From Lepidodermella squamata (Eukaryota; Animalia; Gastrotricha): a stretch of 64,000 nucleotides of DNA. Positions 1 to 12,900 of the stretch are shown here, piece by piece. The notes under the pieces are model-generated. The model saw nothing but the letters and a program-made list of their open reading frames with translations. It was not told where the DNA came from and ran no database searches. The stretch lies in the NCBI GenBank assembly GCA_047495785.1, contig JBLDXI010000025.1, positions 1-64,000 of the forward strand, in the 5' to 3' direction. Positions within the stretch are counted from its first letter, which is position 1, and each line of letters begins with the position of its first letter. A program made the translations under genes and the position numbers.

Positions 1-15
1 ACATCTCGTGAGAGT
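1..15 (+). other. Probable residual PacBio barcoded adapter (bc1003-like) at contig start
   Basis: ACATCTCGTGAGAGT is not satellite. It equals the 3' 15 nt of ACACATCTCGTGAGAG+T, which I recall as barcode bc1003 plus T overhang. Satellite starts at base 16. Confidence 0.75.
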
Positions 16-3000
16 GATTGGGCATGATGCCGAATACCGGCAGCACGTGCAAACGGCTGAAAACAGCCATGTTAGCCCGCTCAGGCTCGCTACGAATGCC
101 GCGTCAACAGCGATGTGCCTCAATCGGCCTGCGATTGCGTTTGCAAATTGCTGCCACTATCGAATGATGCACGGATGGCGTTGATTCGCCCACGATTGGG
201 CATGATGCCGAATACCGGCAGCACGTGCAACGGCTGAAAACAGCCATGTTAGCCCGCTCAGGGCTCGCTGCGAATGCCGCGTCAACAGCGATGTGCCTCA
301 AACGGCTGCTATTGCGTTTGCAATTGCTGCCACTATCGAATGATGCACGGATGGCGTTGATTCGCCACGATTGTGCATGATGCCGAATACCGGCAGTACG
401 TGCAACGGCTGAAAACAGCCATGTCAGCCCGCTCAGGCTTTGCTAAGAATGCCGCGTCAACAGCGATGTGCCTCAATCGGGTTGCTATGGCGTTTGCAAT
501 TTGCTGCCACTATCGAATGATGCACGGATGGCGTTGATTCGCAACGATTGGGCATGATGCCGAATATCGGCAGCACGTGCAACGGCTGAAAAACAGCCAT
601 GTCCAGCCCGCTCAGGCTCACTACGAATGCCGCGTCAACAGCGATGTGCCTCAATCGGGTGCTATGGCGTTTGCAATTGCTGCCACTATCGAATGATGCA
701 CGGATGGCGTTGATTTCCCAACGGATTGGGCATGATGCCGAATACCGGCAGTACGTGCAACGGCTGAAAACAGCCATGTTAGCCCGCTCCGGCTCGCTAC
801 GAATGCCGCGTCAACAGCGATGTGCCTCAATCGGGTTGCTATGGCGTTTGCAAATTGCTGCCACTATCGAATGATGCACGGATGGCGTTGATTCGCAACG
901 ATTGCGCATGATGCCGAATACCGGCAGTACGTGCAACGGCTGAAAACAGCCATGTCAGCCCGCTCAGGCTCGCTTACGAAAGCCGCGTCAACAGCGATGT
1001 GCCTCAATCGGGCTGCGATTTGCGTTTGCAATTGCTGCCACTATCGAATGATGCCACGGATGGCGTTGATTCGCCACGATTGGGCATGATGCCGAATACC
1101 GGCAGTACGTGCAACGGCTGAAAACAGCCATGTTAGCCCGCTCAGGGCTCGCTACGAATGACGCGTCAACAGCGATGTGCCCTCAATCGGCTGCGATTGC
1201 GTTTGCAATTGCTGCCACTATCGAATGATGCACGGATGGCGTTGATTCGCCACGATTGGGCCATGATGCCGAATACCGGCAGCACGTGCAACGGCTGAAA
1301 ACAGCCATGTTAGCCCGCTCAGGCTCGCTACGGAATGCCGCGTCAACAGCGATGTGCCTCAATCGGCTGCGATTGCGTTTGCAATTGCTGCCACTATCGA
1401 ATGATGCACGGATGGCGTTGATTCGCAACGATTGGGCATGATGCCGAATACCGGCAGTACGTGCAACGGCTGAAAACAGCCATGTTAGCCCGCTCAGGCT
1501 CGCTACGAATGCCGCGTCAAAAGCGATGTGCCTCAATCGGGTGCTATTTGCGTTTGCAATTGCTACCACTATCGAATGATGCACGGATGGCGTTGATTCG
1601 CCACGATTGGGCATGATGCCCGAATACCGGGCAGCACGTGCAACGGCTGAAAACAGCCATGTTAGCCCGCTCAGGCTCGCTGCGGATACCGCGTCAACAG
1701 CGATGTGCCTCAATCGGCTGCGATTGCGTTTGCAATTGCTGCCACTATCGAATGATGCACGGATGGCGTTGATTCGCCACGATTGGGCATGATGCCGAAT
1801 ACCGGCAGCACGTGCAACGGCTGAAAACAGCCATGTTAGCCCGCTCAGGCTCGCTGCGAATGCCGCGTCAACAGCGATGTGCCTCAAACGGCTGCTATTG
1901 CGTTTGCAATTGCTGCCACTATCGAATGATGCACGGATGGCGTTGATTCGCCACGATTGGGCATGATGCCGAATATCGGCAGCACGTGCAACGGCTGAAA
2001 ACAGCCATGTTAGCCCGCTCAGGCTCGCTACGAATGCCGCGTCAACAAGCGATGTGCCTCAATCGGCTGCGATTGCGTTTGCAATTGCTTGCCACTATCG
2101 AATGATGCACGGATGGCGTTGATTCGCCACGATTGGGCATGATGGCCGAATACCGGCAGTACGTGCAAACGGCTGAAAAACAGCCATGTCAGCCCGCTCA
2201 GGCTCGCTAAGAATGCCGCGTCAACAGCGATGTGCCTCAAACGGCTGCTATTGCGTTTTGCAATTGCTGCCACTATCGAATGATGCACGGATGGCGTTGA
2301 TTCGCCACGATTGGGCATGATGCCGAATACCGGCAGTACGTGCAAACGGCTGAAAAACAGCCATGTCAGCCCCGCTCAGGCTCGCTAAGAATGCCGCGTC
2401 AACAGCGATGTGCCTCAATCGGGTGCTATGGCGTTTGCAATTGCTGCCACTATCGAATGATGCACGGATGGCGTTGATTCGCCACGATTGGGCATGATGC
2501 CGAAATACCGGCAGTACGTGCAACGGCTGAAAACAGCCATGTCAGCCCGCTCAGGCTCGCTAAGAATGCCGCGTCAACAGCGATGTGCCTCAAAACGGCT
2601 GCTATTGCGTTTGCAATTGCTGCCACTATCGAATGATGCACGGATGGCGTTGATTCGCCACGATTGGGCCATGATGCCGAATACCGGCAGTACGTGCAAC
2701 GGCTGAAAAACAGCCATGTCAGCCCGCTCAGGCTCGCTAAGAATGCCGCGTCAACAGCGATGTGCCTCAATCGGGTGCTATGGCGTTTGCAATTGCTGCC
2801 ACTATCGAATGATGCACGGATGGGCGTTGATTCGCCACGATTGCGCATGATGCCGAATACCGGCAGTACGTGCAACGGCTGAAAAACAGCCATGTTAAGC
2901 CCGCTCAGGCTCGCTACGAATGACGCGTCAACAGCGATGTGCCTCAATCGGCTGCGATTTGCGTTTGCAATTGCTGCCACTATCGAATGATGCACGGATG

Positions 3001-3927
3001 GCGTTGATTCGCCACGATTGGGCATGATGCCGAATACCGGCAGTACGTGCAACGGCTGAAAACAGCCATGTTAGCCCGCTCAGGCTCGCTAAGAATGCCG
3101 CGTCAACAGCGATGTGCCTCAATCGGGTGCTATGGCGTTTGCAATTGCTGCCACTATGGGAATGATGCACGGATGGCGTTGATTTCGCCACGATTTGGCA
3201 TGATGCCGAATACCGGCAGTACGTGCAACGGCTGAAAACAGCCATGTTAGCCCCGCTCAGGCTCGCTACGAATGACGCGTCAACAGCGATGTGCCTCAAT
3301 CGGGTGCTATGGCGTTTGCAATTGCTGCCACTATCGAATGATGCACGGATGGCGTTGATTCGCCACGATTGCGCATGATGCCGAATACCGGCAGTACGTG
3401 CAAACGGCTGAAAACAGCCATGTCAGCCCGCTCAGGCTCGCTACGAAAGCCGCGTCAACAGCGATGTGCCTCAATCGGCTGCGATTGCGTTTGCAATTGC
3501 TGCCACTATCGAATGATGCACGGATGGCGTTGATTCGCCACGATTGGGCATGATGCCGAATACCGGCAGTACGTGCAACGGCTGAAAACAGCCATGTCAG
3601 CCCGCTCAGGCTCGCTAAGAATGCCGCGTCAACAGCGATGTGCCTCAATCGGGTGCTATGGCGTTTGCAATTGCTGCCACTATCGAATGATGCACGGATG
3701 GCGTTGATTCGCCACGATTGGGCATGATGCCGAATACCGGCAGTACGTGCAACGGCTGAAAACAGCCATGTTAGCCCCGCTCAGGCTCGCTACGAATGAC
3801 GCGTCAACAGCGATGTGCCTCAATCGGCTGCGATTGCGTTTTGCAATTGCTGCCACTATGGAATGATGCACGGATGGCGTTGATTCGCCACGATTTGGCA
3901 TGATGCCGAATACCGGCAGTACGTGCA
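16..3927 (-). repeat. 174-bp satellite, reverse-orientation block (~22 monomers)
   Basis: Reverse complement of the monomer seen downstream; many single-base insertions. Confidence 0.97.
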
Positions 3928-6900
3928 TCATTCGATAGTGGGCAGCAATTGCAAACGCAATAGCAGCCGTTTGAGGCACATCGCTGTTGACGCGGCATTC
4001 GCAGCGAGCCTGAGCGGGCTAACATGGCTGTTTTCAGCCGTTGCACGTGCTGCCGGTATTCGGCATCATGCCCAATCGTGGGCGAATCAAACGCCATCCG
4101 TGCATCATTCGATAGTGGCAGCAATTGCAAACGCAATCGCAGCCGATTGAGGCACATCGCTGTTGACGCGGCATTCGTAGCGAGCCTGAGCGGGCTAACA
4201 TGGCTGTTTTTCAGCCGTTGCACGTGCTGCCGGTATTCGGCATCATGCCCAATCGTGGCGAATCAACGCCATCCGTGCATCATTCGATAGTGGGCAGCAA
4301 TTGCAAACGCCATAGCACCCGATTGAGGCAACATCGCTGTTGACGCGGCATTCGTAGCGAGCCTGAGCGGGCTGACATGGCTGTTTTCAGCCGTTGCACG
4401 TGCTGCCGATATTCGGCATCATGCCCAATCGTTGCGAATCAACGCCATCCGTGCATCATTCGATAGTGGCAGCAATTGCAAACGCCATAGCACCCCGATT
4501 GAGGGCACATCGCTGTTTGACCGCGGCATTCTTAGCGAGCCTGAGCGGGCTGACATGGCTGTTTTCAGCCGTTGCACGTGCTGCCGATATTCGGCATCAT
4601 GCCCAATCGTTGCGAATCAACGCCATCCGTGCAATCATTCGATAGTGGCAGCAATTGCAAACGCAATAGCAGCCGTTTGAGGCACATCGCTGTTGACGCG
4701 GCATTCGCAGCGAGGCCTGAGCGGGCTAACATGGCTGTTTTCAGCCGTTGCACGTGCTGCCGGTATTCGGCATCATGCCCAATCGTGGCGAATCAACGCC
4801 ATCCGTGCATCATTCGATAGTGGCAGCAATTGCAAACGCAATCGCAGCCGATTGAGGCACATCGCTGTTGACGCGGTATCCGCAGCGAGCCTGAGCGGGC
4901 TAACATGGCTGTTTTCAGCCGTTGCACGTGCTGCCGGTATTCGGCATCATGCCCAATCGTGGGCGAATCAACGCCATCCGTGCATCATTCGATAGTGGTA
5001 GCAATTGCAAACGCCATAGCACCCGATTGAGGCACATCGCTTTTGACGCGGCATTCGTAGCGAGCCTGAGCGGGCTAACATGGCTGTTTTCAGCCGTTGC
5101 ACGTACTGCCGGTATTCGGCATCATGCCCAATCGTTGCGAATCAACGCCATCCGTGCATCATTCGATAGTGGCAGCAATTGCAAACGCAATCGCAGCCGA
5201 TTGAGGCACATCGCTGTTGACGCGTCATTCGACGCGTCATTCGTAGCGAGCCTGAGCGGGCTGACATGGCTGTTTTCAGCCGTTGCACGTACTGCCGGTA
5301 TTCGGCATCATGCACAATCGTGGCGAATCAACGCCATCCGTGCATCATTCGATAGTGGCAGCAATTGCAAACGCCATAGCACCCGATTGAGGCACATCGC
5401 TGTTGACGCGGCATTCTTAGCAAGCCTGAGCGGGCTGACATGGCTGTTTTCAGCCGTTGCACGTACTGCCGGTATTCGGCATCATGCACAATCGTGGCGA
5501 ATCAACGCCATCCGTGCATCATTCGATAGTGGCAGCAATTGCAAACGCAATAGCAGCCGTTTGAGGCACATCGCTGTTGACGCGGCATTCGCAGCGAGCC
5601 TGAGCGGGCTAACATGGCTGTTTTCAGCCGTTGCACGTGCTGCCGGTATTCGGCATCATGCCCAATCGTGGCGAATCAACGCCATCCGTGCATCATTCGA
5701 TAATGGCAGCAATTGCAAACGCCATAGCACCCGATTGAGGCACATCGCTGTTGACGCGGCATTCGTAGCGAGCCGGAGCGGGCTAACATGGCTGTTTTCA
5801 GCCGTTGCACGTACTGCCGGTATTCGGCATCATGCCCAATCGTTGGGAATCAACGCCATCCGTGCATCATTCGATAGTGGCAGCAATTGCAAACGCCATA
5901 GCACCCGATTGAGGCACATCGCTGTTGACGCGGCATTCGTAGCGAGCCTGAGCGGGCTGACATGGCTGTTTTCAGCCGTTGCACGTGCTGCCGATATTCG
6001 GCATCATGCCCAATCGTTGCGAATCAACGCCATCCGTGCATCATTCGATAGTGGCAGCAATTGCAAACGCCATAGCACCCGATTGAGGCACATCGCTGTT
6101 GACGCGGCATTCTTAGCAAGCCTGAGCGGGCTGACATGGCTGTTTTCAGCCGTTGCACGTACTGCCGGTATTCGGCATCATGCACAATCGTGGCGAATCA
6201 ACGCCATCCGTGCATCATTCGATAGTGGCAGCAATTGCAAACGCAATAGCAGCCGTTTGAGGCACATCGCTGTTGACGCGGCATTCGCAGCGAGCCTGAG
6301 CGGGCTAACATGGCTGTTTTCAGCCGTTGCACGTGCTGCCGGTATTCGGCATCATGCCCAATCGTGGCGAATCAACGCCATCCGTGCATCATTCGATAGT
6401 GGCAGCAATTGCAAACGCAATCGCAGCCGATTGAGGCACATCGCTGTTGACGCGGCATTCGTAGCGAGCCTGAGCGGGCTAACATGGCTGTTTTCAGCCG
6501 TTGCACGTGCTGCCGGTATTCGGCATCATGCCCAATCGTGGCGAATCAACGCCATCCGTGCATCATTCGATAGTGGCAGCAATTGCAAACGCCATAGCAC
6601 CCGATTGAGGCACATCGCTGTTGACGCGGCATTCGTAGCGAGCCTGAGCGGGCTGACATGGCTGTTTTCAGCCGTTGCACGTGCTGCCGATATTCGGCAT
6701 CATGCCCAATCGTTGCGAATCAACGCCATCCGTGCATCATTCGATAGTGGCAGCAATTGCAAACGCCATAGCACCCGATTGAGGCACATCGCTGTTGACG
6801 CGGCATTCTTAGCGAGCCTGAGCGGGCTGACATGGCTGTTTTCAGCCGTTGCACGTGCTGCCGATATTCGGCATCATGCCCAATCGTTGCGAATCAACGC

Positions 6901-9900
6901 CATCCGTGCATCATTCGATAGTGGCAGCAATTGCAAACGCCATAGCACCCGATTGAGGCACATCGCTGTTGACGCGGCATTCTTAGCAAGCCTGAGCGGG
7001 CTGACATGGCTGTTTTCAGCCGTTGCACGTACTGCCGGTATTCGGCATCATGCCCAATCGTTGCGAATCAACGCCATCCGTGCATCATTCGATAGTGGCA
7101 GCAATTGCAAACGCCATAGCAGCCGATTGAGGCACATCGCTGTTGACGCGTCATTCGTAGCGAGCCTGAGCGGGCTGACATGGCTGTTTTCAGCCGTTGC
7201 ACGTACTGCCGGTATTCGGCATCATGCACAATCGTGGCGAATCAACGCCATCCGTGCATCATTCGATAGTGGCAGCAATTGCAAACGCCATAGCACCCGA
7301 TTGAGGCACATCGCTGTTGACGCGGCATTCTTAGCAAGCCTGAGCGGGCTGACATGGCTGTTTTCAGCCGTTGCACGTACTGCCGGTATTCGGCATCATG
7401 CACAATCGTGGCGAATCAACGCCATCCGTGCATCATTCGATAGTGGCAGCAATTGCAAACGCAATAGCAGCCGTTTGAGGCACATCGCTGTTGACGCGGC
7501 ATTCGCAGCGAGCCTGAGCGGGCTAACATGGCTGTTTTCAGCCGTTGCACGTGCTGCCGGTATTCGGCATCATGCCCAATCGTGGCGAATCAACGCCATC
7601 CGTGCATCATTCGATAGTGGCAGCAATTGCAAACGCAATCGCAGCCGATTGAGGCACATCGCTGTTGACGCGTCATTCGTAGCGAGCCTGAGCGGGCTGA
7701 CATGGCTGTTTTCAGCCGTTGCACGTACTGCCGGTATTCGGCATCATGCCCAATCGTGGCGAATCAACGCCATCCGTGCATCATTCGATAGTGGCAGCAA
7801 TTGCAAACGCCATAGCACCCGATTGAGGCACATCGCTGTTGACGCGGCATTCTTAGCAAGCCTGAGCGGGCTGACATGGCTGTTTTCAGCCGTTGCACGT
7901 ACTGCCGGTATTCGGCATCATGCACAATCGTGGCGAATCAACGCCATCGGTGCATCATTCGATAGTGGCAGCAATTGGAAACGCAATAGCAGCCGTTTGA
8001 GGCACATCGCTGTTGACGCGGCATTCGCAGCGAGCCTGAGCGGGCTAACATGGCTGTTTTCAGCCGTTGCACGTGCTGCCGGTATTCGGCATCATGCCCA
8101 ATCGTGGCGAATCAACGCCATCCGTGCATCATTCGATAGTGGCAGCAATTGCAAACGCACTCGCAGCCGATTGAGGCACATCGCTGTTGACGCGTCATTC
8201 GTAGCGTGCCTGAGCGGGCTGACATGGCTGTTTTCAGCCGTTGCACGTACTGCCGGTATTCGGCATCATGCCCAATCGTGGCGAATCAACGCCATCCGTG
8301 CATCATTCGATAGTGGCAGCAATTGCAAACGCCATAGCACCCGATTTAGGCACATCGCTGTTGACGCGGCATTCTTAGCGAGCCTGAGCGGGCTAACATG
8401 GCTGTTTTCAGCCGTTGCACGTACTGCCGGTATTCGGCATCATCCCCAATCGTGGCGAATCAACGCCATCCGTGCATCATTCGATAGTGGCAGCAATTGC
8501 AAACGCAATAGCACCCGATTGAGGCACATCGCTTTTGACGCGGCATTCGTAGCGAGCCTGAGCGGGCTAACATGGCTGTTTTCAGCCGTTGCACGTACTG
8601 CCGGTATTCGGCATCATGCCCAATCGTTGCGAATCAACGCCATCCGTGCATCATTCGATAGTGGCAGCAATTGCAAACGCAATCGCAGCCGATTGAGGCA
8701 CATCGCTGTTGACGCGTCATTCGTAGCGAGCCTGAGCGGGCTAACATGGCTGTTTTCAGCCGTTGCACGTACTGCCGGTATTCGGCAGCATGCCCAATCG
8801 TGGCGAATCAACGCCATCCGTGCATCATTCGATAGTGGCAGCAATTGCAAACGCAATAGCAGCCGTTTGAGGCACATCGCTGTTGACGCGGCATTCGCAG
8901 CGAGCCTGAGCGGGCTAACATGGCTGTATTCAGCCGTTGCACGTACTGCCGGTATTCGGCATCATGCCCAATCGTGGCGAATCAACGCCGTCCGTGCATC
9001 ATTCGATAGTGGCAGCAATTGCAAACGCAATCGCAGCCGATTGAGGCACATCGCTGTTGACGCGGTATCCGCAGCGAGCCTGAGCGGGCTAACATGGCTG
9101 TTTTCAGCCGTTGCACGTGCTGCCGATATTCGGCATCATGCCCAATCGTGGCGAATCAACGCCATCCGTGCATCATTCGATAGTGGTAGCAATTGCAAAC
9201 GCAATAGCACCCGATTGAGGCACATCGCTGTTGACGCGGCATTCTTAGCGAGCCTGAGCGGGCTAACATGGCTGTTTTCAGCCGTTGCACGTACTGCCGG
9301 TATTCGGCATCATGCCCAATCGTTGCGAATCAACGCCATCCGTGCATCATTCGATAGTGGCAGCAATTGCAAACGCAATAGCAGCCGTTTGAGGCACATC
9401 GCTGTTGACGCGGCATTCGTAGCGAGCCTGAGCGGGCTAACATGGCTGTTTTCAGCCGTTGCACGTACTGCCGGTATTCGGCATCATGCCCAATCGTGGC
9501 GAATCAACGCCATCCGTGCATCATTCGATAGTGGCAGCAATTGCAAACGCCATAGCACCCGATTGAGGCACATCGCTGTTGACGCGGCATTCTTAGCGAG
9601 CCTGAGCGGGCTGACATGGCTGTTTTCAGCCGTTGCACGTACTGCCGGTATTCGGCATCATCCCCAATCGTTGCGAATCAACGCCATCCGTGCATCATTC
9701 GATAGTGGCAGCAATTGCAAACGCAATAGCAGCCGTTTGAGGCACATCGCTGTTGACGCGGCATTCGTAGCGAGCCTGAGCGGGCTAACATGGCTGTTTT
9801 CAGCCGTTGCACGTACTGCCGGTATTCGGCATCATCCCCAATCGTGGCGAATCAACGCCATCCGTGCATCATTCGATAGTGGCAGCAATTGCAAACGCAA

Positions 9901-12900
9901 TCGCAGCCGATTGAGGCACATCGCTGTTGACGCGTCATTCGTAGCGAGCCTGAGCGGGCTAACATGGCTGTTTTCAGCCGTTGCACGTACTGCCGGTATT
10001 CGGCAGCATGCCCAATCGTGGCGAATCAACGCCATCCGTGCATCATTCGATAGTGGCAGCAATTGCAACCGCAATAGCAGCCGTTTGAGGCACATCGCTG
10101 TTGACGCGGCATTCGCAGCGAGCCTGAGCGGGCTAACATGGCTGTATTCAGCCGTTGCACGTACTGCCGGTATTCGGCATCATGCCCAATCGTGGCGAAT
10201 CAACGCCGTCCGTGCATCATTCGATAGTGGCAGCAATTGCAAACGCAATCGCAGCCGATTGAGGCACATCGCTGTTGACGCGGTATCCGCAGCGAGCCTG
10301 AGCGGGCTAACATGGCTGTTTTCAGCCGTTGCACGTGCTGCCGATATTCGGCATCATGCCCAATCGTGGCGAATCAACGCCATCCGTGCATCATTCGATA
10401 GTGGTAGCAATTGCAAACGCAATAGCACCCGATTGAGGCACATCGCTTTTGACGCGGCATTCGTAGCGAGCCTGAGCGGGCTAACATGGCTGTTTTCAGC
10501 CGTTGCACGTACTGCCGGTATTCGGCATCATGCCCAATCGTTGCGAATCAACGCCATCCGTGCATCATTCGATAGTGGCAGCAATTGCAAACGCAAACGC
10601 AGCCGATTGAGGCACATCGCTGTTGACGCGTCATTCGTAGCGAGCCTGAGCGGGCTAACATGGCTGTTTTCAGCCGTTGCACGTACTGCCGGTATTCGGC
10701 ATCATGCCCAATCGTGGCGAATCAACGCCATCCGTGCATCATTCGATAGTGGCAGCAATTGCAAACGCCATAGCACCCGATTGAGGCACATCGCTGTTGA
10801 CGCGGCATTCTTAGCGAGCCTGAGCGGGCTGACATGGCTGTTTTCAGCCGTTGCACGTACTGCCGGTATTCGGCATCATCCCCAATCGTTGCGAATCAAC
10901 GCCATCCGTGCATCATTCGATAGTGGCAGCAATTGCAAACGCAATAGCAGCCGTTTGAGGCACATCGCTGTTGACGCGGCATTCGTAGCGAGCCTGAGCG
11001 GGCTAACATGGCTGTTTTCAGCCGTTGCACGTACTGCCGGTATTCGGCATCATGCCCAATCGTGGCGAATCAACGCCATCCGTGCATCATTCGATAGTGG
11101 CAGCAATTGCAAACGCCATAGCACCCGATTGAGGCACATCGCTGTTGACGCGGCATTCTTAGCGAGCCTGAGCGGGCTGACATGGCTGTTTTCAGCCGTT
11201 GCACGTACTGCCGGTATTCGGCATCATCCCCAATCGTTGCGAATCAACGCCATCCGTGCATCATTCGATAGTGGCAGCAATTGCAAACGCCATAGCACCC
11301 GATTTAGGCACATCGCTGTTGACGCGGTATCCGCAGCGAGCCTGAGCGGGCTAACATGGCTGTTTTCAGCCGTTGCACGTGCTGCCGATATTCGGCATCA
11401 TGCCCAATCGTGGCGAATCAACGCCATCCGTGCATCATTCGATAGTGGCAGCAATTGCAAACGCCATAGCACCCGATTGAGGCACATCGCTTTTGACGCG
11501 GCATTCGCAGCGACCCTGAGCGGGCTGACATGGCTGTTTTCAGCCGTTGCACGTACTGCCGGTATTCGGCATCATGCCCAATCGTGGCGAATCAACGCCA
11601 TCCGTGCATCATTCGATAGTGGCAGCAATTGCAAACGCAATAGCAGCCGTTTGAGGCACATCGCTGTTGACGCGGCATTCGCAGCGACCCTGAGCGGGCT
11701 AACATGGCTGTTTTCAGCCGTTGCACGTGCTGCCGATATTCAGCATCATGCCCAATCGTGGCGAATCAACGCCATCCGTGCATCATTCGATAGTGGCAGC
11801 AATCGCAAACGCAATCGCAGCCGATTGAGGCACATCGCTGTTGACGCGGTATCCGCAGCGAGCCTGAGCGGGCTAACATGGCTGTTTTCAGCCGTTGCAC
11901 GTACTGCCGGTATTCGGCATCATGCCCAATCGTTGCGAATCAACGCCATCCGTGCATCGTTCGATAGTGGTAGCAATTGCAAACGCAATAGCACCCGATT
12001 GAGGCACATCGCTTTTGACGCGGCATTCGTAGCGAGCCTGAGCGGGCTAACATGGCTGTTTTCAGCCGTTGCACGTACTGCCGGTATTCGGCATCATGCC
12101 CAATCGTTGCGAATCAACGCCATCCGTGCATCATTCGATAGTGGCAGCAATTGCAAACGCAATCGCAGCCGATTGAGGCACATCGCTGTTGACGCGTCAT
12201 TCGTAGCGAGCCTGAGCGGGCTAACATGGCTGTTTTCAGCCGTTGCACGTACTGCCGGTATTCGGCATCATGCCCAATCGTGGCGAATCAACGCCATCCG
12301 TGCATCATTCGATAGTGGCAGCAATTGCAAACGCAATAGCAGCCGTTTGAGGCACATCGCTGTTGACGCGGCATTCGTAGCGAGCCTGAGCGGGCTGACA
12401 TGGCTGTTTTCAGCCGTTGCACGTACTGCCGGTATTCGGCATCATGCCCAATCGTGGCGAATCAACGCCATCCGTGCATCATTCGATAGTGGCAGCAATT
12501 GCAAACGCAATCGCAGCCGATTGAGGCACATCGCTGTTGACGCGGCATTAGCAGCGAGCCTGAGCGGGCTAACATGGCTGTTTTCAGCCGTTGCACGTGC
12601 TGCCGATATTCGGCATCATGCCCAATCGTGGCGAATCAACGCCATCCGTGCATCATTCGATAGTGGTAGCAATTGCAAACGCAATAGCACCCGATTGAGG
12701 CACATCGCTGTTGACGCGGCATTCGTAGCGAGCCTGAGCGGGCTAACATGGCTGTTTTCAGCCGTTGCACGTACTGCCGGTATTCGGCATCATGCCCAAT
12801 CGTTGCGAATCAACGCCATCCGTGCATCATTCGATAGTGGCAGCAATTGCAAACGCAAACGCAGCCGATTGAGGCACATCGCTGTTGACGCGTCATTCGT

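Noticed and set aside
5051-5080. CENP-B box or hammerhead ribozyme in the satellite monomer
   Set aside because: TTCG and CGGG are spaced too far apart for TTCGNNNNANNCGGG; no CTGANGA...GAAA core on either strand.
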